Of a DNA stretch of 64,000 nt, positions 1 through 9,417 are shown piece after piece. This DNA comes from a virus: IMG/VR virus record IMGVR_UViG_3300036806_000217, positions 23,341 through 87,340 of that record; one strand, written 5' to 3'. The notes below the pieces were generated by a model, which had not been told where the DNA came from, ran no database searches, and saw only the letters and a program-made list of their open reading frames with translations. The position numbers and the translations under genes are program-made. The first letter of the stretch is position 1, and each line of letters begins with the position of its first letter.

Positions 1-525
1 GCCGACGGCGCCCGCTGGGGCAGCCACCGCGTCGCCCTGGCCCTGCGCACCACCCAGTCGTGGAGGGACTGGACCGGCCACTCCGGAAAGCTCATGAGCC
101 AGGACGAGTTCGCGGAGTTCCTCGAAGACCACGTCTCGGAGCTGGTGGCGCCCGCCGCCGCCGAGATGCTGGAGATCGCCCAGTCCCTCCAGGCAGCCAC
201 GAAGGTCGAGTTCAAGTCCGCGTCCCGGCTCGCCGACGGGCAGCGGCAGTTCGAGTTCGTGGAGACCGTCCAGGCCAAGGCCGGAACGAAGGGCCAGCTC
301 ACCATCCCGGAGAGCTTCAAGATCGGCGTGAAGGTCTTCGAGGGCGCCGAGGTCGGAGACACCGTCACCGCCCTGCTCCGGTACCGCATCAACGGCGACA
401 AGCTGACCATCGGCTACAAGCTCCAGCAGCCCCAGGACGTCCTGACCATCGCGTTCCAGGACGTCGTCACCGCGGTCGGCGAAGGCATCAACGGCGGCAC
501 CGTCCTGAACGGCACCCCGGCTTGA
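1..525 (+). CDS. DUF2303/YfdQ family phage protein (5' partial)
   Basis: Frame open from base 1; 'MSQDEFAEFLED', 'IPESFKIGVKVFEG', 'LRYRI' motifs. Confidence 0.8.
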   Translation, partial: ADGARWGSHRVALALRTTQSWRDWTGHSGKLMSQDEFAEFLEDHVSELVAPAAAEMLEIAQSLQAATKVEFKSASRLADGQRQFEFVETVQAKAGTKGQLTIPESFKIGVKVFEGAEVGDTVTALLRYRINGDKLTIGYKLQQPQDVLTIAFQDVVTAVGEGINGGTVLNGTPA

Positions 526-779
526 TCCCCACGGGCAGCAACCGCAGCGCGGGCAGCAACATCCTCTGCCCGCGCTGCGGCGCGCCCGTGATCACCACCC
601 CCGACGGCGAGCTCCTCAACCCCGAGACCGACCCCCTGGGCCTCCACCTGCCCGACGGCGGACGCCTCGACGCCACCCAGGCCCTGCCGATCCTCGCCGG
701 ACGCGCCCCGCCCCGCGGCCACCACCGACATGCCCCCGGTCCCTACGGCTGCAACCCAGCACCTCTCACATTGTTCTGA
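522..779 (+). CDS. Small hypothetical protein with CxxC
   Basis: TTG start overlapping upstream TGA; CPRCG motif. Confidence 0.5.
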   Translation: MIPTGSNRSAGSNILCPRCGAPVITTPDGELLNPETDPLGLHLPDGGRLDATQALPILAGRAPPRGHHRHAPGPYGCNPAPLTLF

Positions 780-798
780 GCACGAGGAGCACCACGAC

Positions 799-2553
799 GT
801 GGACAACGTCCGCCACATCGACGACCCCCGCACCGGGGACGACGGCACCGGGCGGCCCCCCAGCCTCGACGACGACGCCGAGCAGTACCTCATGGCCGCC
901 ATCCTCGACAGCCCCCGCGGCTACCAGGAAGCCGCCGAGGTCGTGGACCGCGTCGACATCGAGAAGCCCGGCTACCGGCTGATCTGGGACGTCACCGGCC
1001 AGCTCGTCCAGGCCGGGCAGCCGTCCCACTTCATCGCCGTGCGCGCCGAGATCGAACGCCTCGGCCGGATGCGGGACATCGGGCACGGCAAGCTCATCGA
1101 CGACCTGTCCGCGGTCAACATGCCCGCCGGGTCGGCCGGCTACTTCGCCGAGAAGATCGCCAAGAACGGGCGGGCCCACCGCGCCCGCACCGTAGCCCTG
1201 CGGCTGCGGAATGCCGCCGACGACCCGAACGCGGACGTCGACGTCTTCGACAAGATCCTCACCGAGTACTGGACCTACGAGGCCCAGCGCGCGATGGGCA
1301 CCAGCGGCCCAGCCAGCCGCGTCGACGCCCTCATCGCCGAGATGCTCGACACCAAGGCCCTGGACGACATGCCCGCCCTGGAGCCGCTCCTCGGGGACCT
1401 GCTGCACCTGGACACCCTCGCCCGCGTCATCGGCCCCTCCGGCCACATGAAGAGCTTCGCGGTCATCGACTTCGCCGGCCACATCGGCACCGGCCGCCGC
1501 TGGCACGGCCGCTACGTGCGCCAAGGCCTGGTGGTGTACCTCGTCGCCGAAGGCTCCGGCGGCATCCGCAAGCGCGTCCGCGCCTGGGAGCGGCACCACG
1601 GCGTCGCCATGGAGCACGTCCTGTTCCTGCCCCGCCCCGTCCAGGCCATGGACTCCGAGTGGCTCACCCTCATTGAGGCCTGCCGGCGCCTGGGCCCGGC
1701 GCTGGTCATCGTCGACACCCAGGCCCGCGTCTCGGTCGGGGTGGAGGAGAACTCGGCGAAGGAACTCGGCCTGGTCATCGACCGCATGGAGCAGCTGCGC
1801 GCCGCAACCCGCGCCTGCATCCTGCTGATCCACCACACCGGCCACGTCGGCGACCACGGCCGCGGCTCCACCTCCGCCAAGGGCGCCCTGCAGTCCGAGC
1901 TCCACGTCTCCAAGAAGGGCGACCGGGCCGCGAACACCATCGTCACGATCAAGACCGGCAAGCAGAAGGACGACGAGCAGGACGGCGACATCCAGTTCGG
2001 GCTGAAGGTCGTGAACCTGCCCGGCGAGGCGAAGCCCGACGGTCGGCCCGTCACCTCCGTGGTCCTGGTACCGCTCGGGGAGGCGTCACAGGCCTCCGGA
2101 TTCGAGGCCCCAGAGGGCACCGTCGACTGGCTCGTGCAGAAACTCGACGCCGCGAAGGTCCCCGCGGACTGGGGCAATCGGCTCGTCAAAAAGTGGTTCA
2201 TCGATCAAGGAGTCCCGGCCGGCAGCACGAAGGTCGAGGAGGTCGTGAGGCTGCGGAAGTCGCGTGTTTCAGACGTTCCCCCGCATGTTCCCTACCAGCC
2301 AGTAACAGAAATGTTCCCCCAAGCCGGGGAACACGAAGACGTTTCCGCAGGTCAGACGTTCCCCGGGAACGTCGGGGGAACACCGGGGACCCCCGTTCCC
2401 CCGCAGACGTTCCCCCGCCCTCCTTCTAGGGAGGGGGAACGCAAGGACGGCGACCCGATATGCGCCTCCTGCGACAAGCCCATGGACCCCGCCTGGAAAG
2501 CCCGCGGATACGACACCCACGTCATCTGCGACACCACCGGAGAACCCGCATGA
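799..2553 (+). CDS. Replication ATPase/helicase: DnaB N-terminal domain + AAA_25 (RepA-like) + C-terminal Zn finger
   Basis: GAGGAG RBS then GTG; 'PPSLDDDAEQYLMAAIL'; Walker A GPSGHMKS; 'VVYLVAEG', 'VIVDTQAR', 'LIHHTG...RGSTS'. Confidence 0.85.
   Translation: MDNVRHIDDPRTGDDGTGRPPSLDDDAEQYLMAAILDSPRGYQEAAEVVDRVDIEKPGYRLIWDVTGQLVQAGQPSHFIAVRAEIERLGRMRDIGHGKLIDDLSAVNMPAGSAGYFAEKIAKNGRAHRARTVALRLRNAADDPNADVDVFDKILTEYWTYEAQRAMGTSGPASRVDALIAEMLDTKALDDMPALEPLLGDLLHLDTLARVIGPSGHMKSFAVIDFAGHIGTGRRWHGRYVRQGLVVYLVAEGSGGIRKRVRAWERHHGVAMEHVLFLPRPVQAMDSEWLTLIEACRRLGPALVIVDTQARVSVGVEENSAKELGLVIDRMEQLRAATRACILLIHHTGHVGDHGRGSTSAKGALQSELHVSKKGDRAANTIVTIKTGKQKDDEQDGDIQFGLKVVNLPGEAKPDGRPVTSVVLVPLGEASQASGFEAPEGTVDWLVQKLDAAKVPADWGNRLVKKWFIDQGVPAGSTKVEEVVRLRKSRVSDVPPHVPYQPVTEMFPQAGEHEDVSAGQTFPGNVGGTPGTPVPPQTFPRPPSREGERKDGDPICASCDKPMDPAWKARGYDTHVICDTTGEPA
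2270..2440. repeat. Iteron-like GTTCCC/GGGAAC cluster, candidate replication origin
   Basis: About 10 copies in both orientations in 170 bp; CAGACGTTCCCC at 2270, 2353 and 2404. Confidence 0.6.
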
Positions 2554-2771
2554 ACCACACCCGCACCAACCGATCCGACCTCGCCGTCGGCCACCTCGAC
2601 CCAGTCGCCATTGCTGCCGCCTACCAGTGCGGCCACTGCGACAGCGACCCGCCCACCCTCGACCTTGACCGCAACGGCGTCTGGCACATCCACATCGGCC
2701 ACGACGACAGCTGTCCGGTCCTCGCCGGCACCCTCACCGGCGCACCCGACCTCGCCCGAAGTCTGCGCTGA
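2550..2771 (+). CDS. Small Cys/His protein
   Basis: ATGA overlap; CGHC...HDDSCP. Confidence 0.65.
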   Translation: MNHTRTNRSDLAVGHLDPVAIAAAYQCGHCDSDPPTLDLDRNGVWHIHIGHDDSCPVLAGTLTGAPDLARSLR

Positions 2772-2859
2772 CCCGCCGTCAAGGACACATGCCGCCAGAC
2801 AGCCGTTCCTGAGGCCCCAATGCCGTCCCACAAACGGCGCCGCATCCGAGGAGATGACC

Positions 2860-3168
2860 ATGCCAGCCCCCGTCTCGAAGGCCAGGATCGACCGCCTCGC
2901 CGAGAAGATCACCACACGATTGAAGCGCGGCTGCGGCGAGTACCAGCTGCGCTACGACGTCGAGGAGCTGCAGCACTTCGCCCGCTGGGCGGCCGAGGTT
3001 GCATTGCAGGATGCGCAGCGCGGCCAGCCCCAGGACGTCGCAGTATCGCCCGCGCCCGTCGTGGCCGCGCCTGGGGCCTGCGACCCCCCTGGGGCGGGCG
3101 CAGCGCCTCCGATCGTCTCCCAGGCCGTCACAGGGCCCTCTGAGGCCGTCGGGCAGGTGCAGCCGTGA
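2860..3168 (+). CDS. Hypothetical protein
   Basis: GAGGAG RBS; coupled to next gene. Confidence 0.55.
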   Translation: MPAPVSKARIDRLAEKITTRLKRGCGEYQLRYDVEELQHFARWAAEVALQDAQRGQPQDVAVSPAPVVAAPGACDPPGAGAAPPIVSQAVTGPSEAVGQVQP

Positions 3169-3587
3169 CCGCGCCGTTCTCCCCCGCCGATCTCGCCCTG
3201 GTCGCGCTCATCGCCGAAGGCCACGGCAACCGCGACATCGCCGCGAAGCTGGACCTGACCCTGGGCACACTCAAGTACCGCATCGAATGCCTGATCCGCA
3301 GCCGGCGCACCTGCAGCCGGGCAGCCCTCGTCGCCCAGGCCTGCCACGCCGGACAGCTCGGACCAGCGGCCAGCGAGCCGCTCGTGCTGCCGTGCCGGCT
3401 GCGGGAGATCCTGCCGGGCCTCGCCGCCGGATGGAGCAACCCACGGATCGGGAAGAGCCTGTTCCTGTCGGCGGACACCGTGAAGGGGCGCGAGGTGCAG
3501 CTGTTCGCGCTGCTCGGGGCCAACGGGCGGGCCAACGCGATCCTGCTGGCGTATCGGGCTGGACTGCTGCAGGAGGCGGGACGGTGA
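3165..3587 (+). CDS. Tandem LuxR/GerE-type HTH regulator (two HTHs, no sensor domain)
   Basis: 'LIAEGHGNRDIAAKLDLTLGTLK' and 'LAAGWSNPRIGKSLFLSADTVK'. Confidence 0.8.
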   Translation: MTAPFSPADLALVALIAEGHGNRDIAAKLDLTLGTLKYRIECLIRSRRTCSRAALVAQACHAGQLGPAASEPLVLPCRLREILPGLAAGWSNPRIGKSLFLSADTVKGREVQLFALLGANGRANAILLAYRAGLLQEAGR

Positions 3588-4042
3588 CCGCCCTCCTGAT
3601 CCTCGGCACCGGCTCCCGCCACCTGGGCCTGCACCAGTGGGCCAAGCCCGACCGCGCGCTGGTCGACGTGACGCTGATGGACTGCTGGCACGACGCCGTT
3701 CAGGACGGCTACGACGGCATCCGGCTGCTCCAGGGCGAGGCTGACGGCGCGGACACGCTCATGCGGGAGTGGGCCGTGGGCTGCGGCGTGCCCGTGGAGG
3801 GCATGGCGGCCCGCTGGCAGGAGTGCGGGACGACGTGCCCCGAGGGGCATCTGATCACGCGTCGGGGCCGCACGTGGTGTCCGACGGCCGGGTTCCGCCG
3901 CAACCAGGCCATGGTCGACCGGCAGCCCGGATGGGTCGTCGCGTTCCTGATTGCGGGCATGCCGTGCAAGGGCACCCGGGACTGCGCGACGCGGGCCGTG
4001 CGGGCCGGGATTCCGGTGCTGACCGTGGAGGCCGCACGGTGA
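3584..4042 (+). CDS. SLOG/DUF2493 (YspA-like) family protein
   Basis: 'ILGTGSR', 'QGEADGAD', 'AGFRRNQAMVD', 'GTRDCATRA'. Confidence 0.75.
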   Translation: MTALLILGTGSRHLGLHQWAKPDRALVDVTLMDCWHDAVQDGYDGIRLLQGEADGADTLMREWAVGCGVPVEGMAARWQECGTTCPEGHLITRRGRTWCPTAGFRRNQAMVDRQPGWVVAFLIAGMPCKGTRDCATRAVRAGIPVLTVEAAR

Positions 4043-4104
4043 CCGCCCCCACGCAGCACGACGGCCCGGTCGGCGACGCGGACCGGGCGGAGGAGACGGC
4101 GGGG

Positions 4105-4347
4105 CTACTCGGCGGCGGGGTCGGTGGGCTCGGCGGCTCGCTTGGCGTCGACCTCGTCGGCGAGCTTGCGCGCCCACTCGCGGCTGTAGGGCACGTGCTT
4201 CTCGATGGTGGTCAGCGGGACTCCGGCGTTGCGGGCGTCGGCGATGAGTTCGGAGAGGGCGTCCTTGGCGGCCTTGTGCTTGCCGCTGGCGGCTTCGAGT
4301 CTCCGCAGCCAGGCGGCCATTTCCTTGGGCGGGGGCTTGGGCGTCAT
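4105..4347 (-). CDS. Small HTH-like regulator, probably leaderless
   Basis: 'DARNAGVPLTTIEKHVPYSREWARKL'; GACCAT -10-like hexamer 7 nt before ATG. Confidence 0.65.
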   Translation of the reverse strand: MTPKPPPKEMAAWLRRLEAASGKHKAAKDALSELIADARNAGVPLTTIEKHVPYSREWARKLADEVDAKRAAEPTDPAAE

Positions 4348-4369
4348 GACTCGCATGGTCTCACGGGCG

Positions 4370-4472
4370 AGTGCCAACTGACTAGGCAATCCCGCTCCAT
4401 GATTTATTGCCAACTATGTTGCGATCATGGGCGGCGTCACCCCATACTGAAAGTGCAAAGAAAGTTGGCACT
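4370..4472. promoter_or_regulatory. AT-rich divergent promoter region with three imperfect 21-bp palindromic operators
   Basis: AGTGCCAAC-TGA-CTAGGCAAT (4370), ATTGCCAAC-TAT-GTTGCGATC (4406), AGTGCAAAG-AAA-GTTGGCACT (4452). Confidence 0.65.
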
Positions 4473-4494
4473 AAGTCAGCAGGGGGAAACCACC

Positions 4495-4905
4495 GTGAAC
4501 GCCACCGCCCGCCGCTCCGTCACCCGCCGGATCGCCACCACCCTCACCGCCGTCCTCGCCCTCCCGAAGACGGCGCTCTTCCGCCTCCTCAACGGCGCCG
4601 AGATCCAGCGCATGCTCGACCAGGGCGACCTGATCACGGTGAACACGGTCCTGGACGGTCTCGGCGTCGGCGTCGACTTCAAGGACGGCTACCGCTCCTG
4701 GACCGGACGCCACATCGCCCAGGCGTACCGGGTCGCCAACCAGCGCCAGCCCCTCAAGGCGTGGGTGCAGCACCGCACCACCGGCCGGTGGATCTTCGTC
4801 TACTGCTACACCCCCGGCGACGAATCGATCACCGCCGGACTGCGGATGTACTCGCGGACCGCGCACCTCGTACCGGTCAGCGCCACCTTCTCGGAGGCCG
4901 CCTAG
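4495..4905 (+). CDS. Hypothetical phage protein
   Basis: AGGGGG RBS then GTG; high GC at third codon positions. Confidence 0.7.
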   Translation: MNATARRSVTRRIATTLTAVLALPKTALFRLLNGAEIQRMLDQGDLITVNTVLDGLGVGVDFKDGYRSWTGRHIAQAYRVANQRQPLKAWVQHRTTGRWIFVYCYTPGDESITAGLRMYSRTAHLVPVSATFSEAA

Positions 4906-4933
4906 GACCGACTTCGCCGCCACCACCGCCACC

Positions 4934-5218
4934 GTGATCCTCGACGCCGCACCCCTGGTCGCCTCCGCAGTCGCGGACCTGCCCCACCCGGCCCTGGCCC
5001 GCTTCACCTACGCCCCCGACGGGGTCCGCCTGACCGTCGCCGACACCACCGCCCCCGAACGCGACCTGATCTTCACGCGGGTGTGCTGCGCGTTCGACGC
5101 CGCCGACTGGGACATCAGCGCCCGCCTCGCCGACGGCATCCGCGTCGGCGTCACCTTCCACCCGCCGTGGACCCGCACCCTCACCGGCGCACCCGACCTG
5201 CCGTTCCCGCCCCGCTGA
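4934..5218 (+). CDS. Hypothetical protein
   Basis: ORF in operon; 3' end repeats the end of 2550-2771. Confidence 0.55.
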   Translation: MILDAAPLVASAVADLPHPALARFTYAPDGVRLTVADTTAPERDLIFTRVCCAFDAADWDISARLADGIRVGVTFHPPWTRTLTGAPDLPFPPR

Positions 5219-5234
5219 CCAAGGAGTCACCGCC

Positions 5235-5801
5235 ATGGACAAGATGACCCGCCGCACCCTCGCCCTGTGGCCCGACGCCCCGACCACACCCCTCGACGCC
5301 CTGCGCCACACGATCGCGATCGGCCACGACATCGCCGACGCCGACATGGCCGTCATGGTCACCAGCGGCGTGTACGGCCCCGGCGTCCGGACCGGCCTCA
5401 CGTGGGGCGACCTGCGGGCACTCGCCAGCCTGATCGACACCGAGGAACAGCCCCACAGCCCGGAGCCCGAACCGCCCGCCACCCCCGCCACCCCCGCCAC
5501 GGTCCGGTTCCACAACGGCACCACCGCCGTCCTCGACGGCTGGTCCCTCACCGAGTTCGGCGCCACCTACTACGGCGACGTCTACACCCAGTTCTCCGGC
5601 TGGATCGACCGGAAGGACCCGGAGACCCCGGTGGTCGGCGCCGCGCAGATCCTGCACGCCGACCTCCCGGGCCGTGACCCGATCGTCGAGCAGGACGTGA
5701 ACGTGGAGGTCACCGGCTACGGCGGGCCGCGCAAGTACATGAAGCTGCGCTGGCGTTCGGGCTACGACCGTGCCGCCGACCAGCGCATCAACCCCGCCTA
5801 G
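5235..5801 (+). CDS. Hypothetical protein
   Basis: AAGGAG RBS; codon bias. Confidence 0.7.
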   Translation: MDKMTRRTLALWPDAPTTPLDALRHTIAIGHDIADADMAVMVTSGVYGPGVRTGLTWGDLRALASLIDTEEQPHSPEPEPPATPATPATVRFHNGTTAVLDGWSLTEFGATYYGDVYTQFSGWIDRKDPETPVVGAAQILHADLPGRDPIVEQDVNVEVTGYGGPRKYMKLRWRSGYDRAADQRINPA

Positions 5802-5841
5802 CCCCCGCCGTCACCCGCCCCACCACCGCCAGGAGCCCGCC

Positions 5842-6252
5842 ATGCCGAAGCCCGAACTCGGACCCGTCGCCGTAGGTGACCACCTGCTCGTCCTGCCCCG
5901 CAGCTACGGACGCGGGACGCGCCCCGCACCGATCGACGCCGTAGTCACCACGGTCGGCCGGGTCTGGATCGACCTGGAGAGCACCGCAGCCCGGCCCGTC
6001 AATGCGTGCCCCCAAACCTGGCGGATGCGCCTCGACACCCAGTCCGACGCCGGGCCCAAGGCGCAGCAGCAGTACGCCACCACCTATGTGACCGCCGAGC
6101 AGTACGCCTGGAGACAGCGCAACGCGGCGGTTGAGGAGTACCTGCGGGAGGTCAAGGTGCGCCTGGACTACGAGTCGCCCTGGAACGAGCCGGAGCGCCG
6201 CATCGTCCTCGCCAACCTCCTTCGCGCCCACGACGGGCTCGACCCGCTCTGA
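5842..6252 (+). CDS. Hypothetical protein (SH3-like beta-barrel type)
   Basis: AGGAG RBS; 'VAVGDHLLV...VVTTVGRVWI'. Confidence 0.65.
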   Translation: MPKPELGPVAVGDHLLVLPRSYGRGTRPAPIDAVVTTVGRVWIDLESTAARPVNACPQTWRMRLDTQSDAGPKAQQQYATTYVTAEQYAWRQRNAAVEEYLREVKVRLDYESPWNEPERRIVLANLLRAHDGLDPL

Positions 6253-6298
6253 CCCGCTCCTCCCCCACGCCCCGCCCCGCGACCGAAAGGCCAACACG

Positions 6299-6808
6299 AT
6301 GACCGCGCCCCTGACCGACCAGCAACTCGCCGAGATCACGGCCCGGCACGAGTACGGCGATGAGGAGTTCATCCGCCACTGCGAAACCGACATGGCCGCA
6401 GTGCTCGCCGAAGTCGCCCGCCTCCGCGCCGACCTGACCCAAGCCCGCGCGGCAGCCCCGCTGCTGGTCGACCGCGAGGACCTGACCGAGCTGGCCGCGA
6501 TCCTCGACGCCGAGCGCTACCGCCTAGACAAGGGCGACGGGAGTCCCGTGCCGCAGCCGCGCTGGGGTGCGAATGTCCGCGTCTCGCAGGCCGTCCAGGC
6601 GGCGCTTGCGGGCGAGGACCCGCCGCGCCCGAGCCCGGAGCACTCCGCGGTGTACATGGACGGCGACCGGCAGGTGTGGTCCGAGTACAAGACCGTGCCC
6701 GAGAGCGATGCCGTGCTGTCGCTGGTGTGGGCCGCCGAGAAGACCAGCTCCCGCGCTGCCCTCGCCGATGAGGGCGTCGACCTGCGCGTCGTCGGGTGGA
6801 TCCGCTAA
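6299..6808 (+). CDS. Hypothetical phage protein
   Basis: GAAAGG RBS; 'LTDQQLAEITAR...DMAAVLAEVARLRA'. Confidence 0.65.
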   Translation: MTAPLTDQQLAEITARHEYGDEEFIRHCETDMAAVLAEVARLRADLTQARAAAPLLVDREDLTELAAILDAERYRLDKGDGSPVPQPRWGANVRVSQAVQAALAGEDPPRPSPEHSAVYMDGDRQVWSEYKTVPESDAVLSLVWAAEKTSSRAALADEGVDLRVVGWIR

Positions 6809-6863
6809 CCCCGCCTGCCCGTCGCTGTGGCACCCGCGGCGGCAACCAACGAAAGGACTGGTC

Positions 6864-7064
6864 GTGACCGCCGAGAAGCTCCACCGCCTCCGCTGCGACG
6901 CCAAGCGCGACGGGCGCAACAACCCGCCCTGCGGAACACCGTCCGAGACCTCCGGCGGCTTCATCTTTCTGCCCGACTTCCGCGCCCACCTCAAGACGCA
7001 GGGCTGGCACCGCAGCGGCAGCAAGGACATCTGCCCCGACTGCTGGACCGACGGCTACCGCTAA
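6864..7064 (+). CDS. Small Zn-finger protein
   Basis: AAAGGA RBS; CD...C...GW...DICPDC. Confidence 0.6.
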   Translation: MTAEKLHRLRCDAKRDGRNNPPCGTPSETSGGFIFLPDFRAHLKTQGWHRSGSKDICPDCWTDGYR

Positions 7065-7117
7065 CCCCCCGCCCCGTCTTCGCGTCTTCGGGCGCACCCC
7101 AACCCAGGAGCAGCACG

Positions 7118-8869
7118 ATGAGCAAGTCCGCGACCCGCAGCCGCACCGCCACGCACAGGCCGGCCACCAAGCGCCGCCGGTTCCGCCACGACGAGCTCGT
7201 CGCAGTCGACCTCTTCAGCGGCTTCGGCGGACTGACCAAGGGCATCGAGATCGCCGGATTCAACACGATCATGGCCGCGAACCACAACGCCTACAAAGTC
7301 GAGGTCCACGAGGCCAACCACCCCAACGCCGAGCACTGGATCGCAGACCTGGTCGACCCCGAAGCTGCCGACTACCACTCGGCGCGCGACCTTCCCGCAG
7401 CCGATCTCCTCGTCGCCGGGGTGTCCTGCGTCAACCACTCGAAAGCGAACACGCTCAAGGCCTACGCGCAGGGCCTGACGCTGTTCGAGCTTGAGGACCC
7501 CGAGTTCGACGCGCGGGTCACCCGGTCCGAACGGGACCGGGCAACCGCGAACTGCGTCCTGCACTACGCCGCCCAGCACCACCCGCGGCTGATCCTCATC
7601 GAGTGCACCACCGAGCTCACCTCATGGGGGCCCGCACTGCCGTCACGCCCGAAGGTCGGCGACGGCAGCACGTACCGGTGGTGGCTCAAGCAGTTCGACG
7701 TGATCGGCTACGACCACAAGGTGCTCTACCTGAACTCGATGTTCTTCGGCGTGCCGCAGTCGAGGAACCGCGCCTACTGGGCGTTCTGGGACAGGACCCT
7801 GGGCGCCCCCGACCTCGACCACAGGCCGGCGACGCACTGCCCCAGTTGCGACATGGACGTGGAGGCGGTGTGGTCCTGGCGGACCGGCGTCCCGCCGACT
7901 GGAACGGTGAGCTACGGCCTGCAGTACGACTACCGCTGCCCACGCTGCCGCCGCGAGGTCGTGCCGCCGATGACGCCGTCGCTGGTCGCTCTCGACCTGG
8001 CCAACCTGGGCACCCGCATCGGCGACAAGCCCGTCAAGACGTTCAAGGACGGATGGGTCGGACCGCTCGCCCGCACGACGATGGCACGCGCCGAACGGTG
8101 CCGGCAGAAGTTCGCCGACTTCCCGGCCGTGCTGATGCCGGCCAAGGCCGTGCACGGCTCGGAGCGGCACCCGTGGCAGCCTCTGTCGACGCAGACCAGC
8201 CAGCAGGAGACCGCCCTGATCTCTACTGGCTCGGTCGTTGCCGCGCACCGGCACAACGGCGACGGGCAGCACTTCACCCTGCCGATGGACACCGTCACGA
8301 CAACGCAGGAGAAGGCCCTGCTGCTCGCCGTCGACAACTTCCAGGGCGCACCGCGGGGCGTCCATGACCCGCTGCCGACGCAGGTCGGTTCCGAGACGAT
8401 GGCGATGCTGTCCACCGGCGTACTGCCGTTCCGCAAGCACACCACGCCGACGACGCACGGCGAGGCGATGCCGACGGTCACATCGGACCAGATCCCCGGG
8501 GTGCTGACCGCGGCCGGCGCAGTACACGCCGGCTGGTACAAGCAGAACGGCTCGGTCGGCAACGAGACCGCGCCGCACCCCATGACCGACCCGTTCGGCA
8601 CCATCACTGCCCACGACACGACCGGGCTGCTCATGGCCGAGTGGCGTGCGCAGTTGTCCGACCTGCCGTTGGAGGACTGCTACTTCCGCATGATGCGCGA
8701 GTACGAGATCGGTCGTGGCTGCGGCTTCGACGTCGACTTCCCCGACCACAAGGGCACCTTCATCGTCTGGGGGAGCGCTCGCGACCAGGTCGACGGCTAC
8801 GGGAACGCCGTGTCCCCGCCGGTCGGCGCGTGGATCGGGGCTCGGCTGCGCGCCGTCCTTCATGCCTGA
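7118..8869 (+). CDS. dcm: DNA (cytosine-5) methyltransferase
   Basis: Motif I 'DLFSGFGG', motif IV variant 'GVSCVNHS', motif VIII 'VPQSRNR', motif X 'GNAVSPP'. Confidence 0.9.
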   Translation: MSKSATRSRTATHRPATKRRRFRHDELVAVDLFSGFGGLTKGIEIAGFNTIMAANHNAYKVEVHEANHPNAEHWIADLVDPEAADYHSARDLPAADLLVAGVSCVNHSKANTLKAYAQGLTLFELEDPEFDARVTRSERDRATANCVLHYAAQHHPRLILIECTTELTSWGPALPSRPKVGDGSTYRWWLKQFDVIGYDHKVLYLNSMFFGVPQSRNRAYWAFWDRTLGAPDLDHRPATHCPSCDMDVEAVWSWRTGVPPTGTVSYGLQYDYRCPRCRREVVPPMTPSLVALDLANLGTRIGDKPVKTFKDGWVGPLARTTMARAERCRQKFADFPAVLMPAKAVHGSERHPWQPLSTQTSQQETALISTGSVVAAHRHNGDGQHFTLPMDTVTTTQEKALLLAVDNFQGAPRGVHDPLPTQVGSETMAMLSTGVLPFRKHTTPTTHGEAMPTVTSDQIPGVLTAAGAVHAGWYKQNGSVGNETAPHPMTDPFGTITAHDTTGLLMAEWRAQLSDLPLEDCYFRMMREYEIGRGCGFDVDFPDHKGTFIVWGSARDQVDGYGNAVSPPVGAWIGARLRAVLHA

Positions 8870-8923
8870 CCTCCGCCCCAACCCCGGTCGTGCCCGGCCG
8901 GGAGCAGCCCACCAAGGAGACCC

Positions 8924-9187
8924 ATGTCTGCTCGAAGTGATGTCGCCCGGATGATGACCAACGGCCTCGGTGTCATGAGTGACGCCGAGGAGGCCACGCT
9001 GCTCGACGCGTTCGCCGCCGAGGTGCGTGCCGCCGCGCTCACTGGGGCCGCCGAGGAGGTTCGCCGCCGGGCGTCGGCATTGCAGGGCACCACGGCGCAG
9101 GTCACCGCCGAGGCCATCGCGTGCCTTCTCGCCGACATGGCCACCGAGGCCGCACCGATCACCGCCGCCGCACCCTCCGCCCTGTGA
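8924..9187 (+). CDS. Hypothetical protein
   Basis: AAGGAG RBS. Confidence 0.6.
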   Translation: MSARSDVARMMTNGLGVMSDAEEATLLDAFAAEVRAAALTGAAEEVRRRASALQGTTAQVTAEAIACLLADMATEAAPITAAAPSAL

Positions 9188-9234
9188 CCTCCGCCTGCCG
9201 GGGCCGATCGGCCCCAACCCACCGAAGGAGCCTG

Positions 9235-9417
9235 ATGCACGTCCGCGTGAACACCTACCCGAAGAAGTCGATCACGTTCACCAGTACTCAGGGCGTCGTC
9301 GTCACCATGCCGGTCGACGTGGAATGCACGGACCCGACGGAGGTCGAGTTCGACCTCCCCGCGCTGGCGTCGATCAGCATCGTCGGCGAGATCACCAGCG
9401 TCACCGGAGGCGAGTGA
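9235..9417 (+). CDS. Hypothetical protein
   Basis: AAGGAG RBS. Confidence 0.55.
   Translation: MHVRVNTYPKKSITFTSTQGVVVTMPVDVECTDPTEVEFDLPALASISIVGEITSVTGGE

Noticed and set aside
4039-4905. In-frame upstream extension of the 4495 gene across the antisense HTH gene, with GGAGG and a GTGA overlap
   Set aside because: The extension is antisense-shadow sequence crossing a promoter region; 4495 has its own RBS. Not fully excluded.
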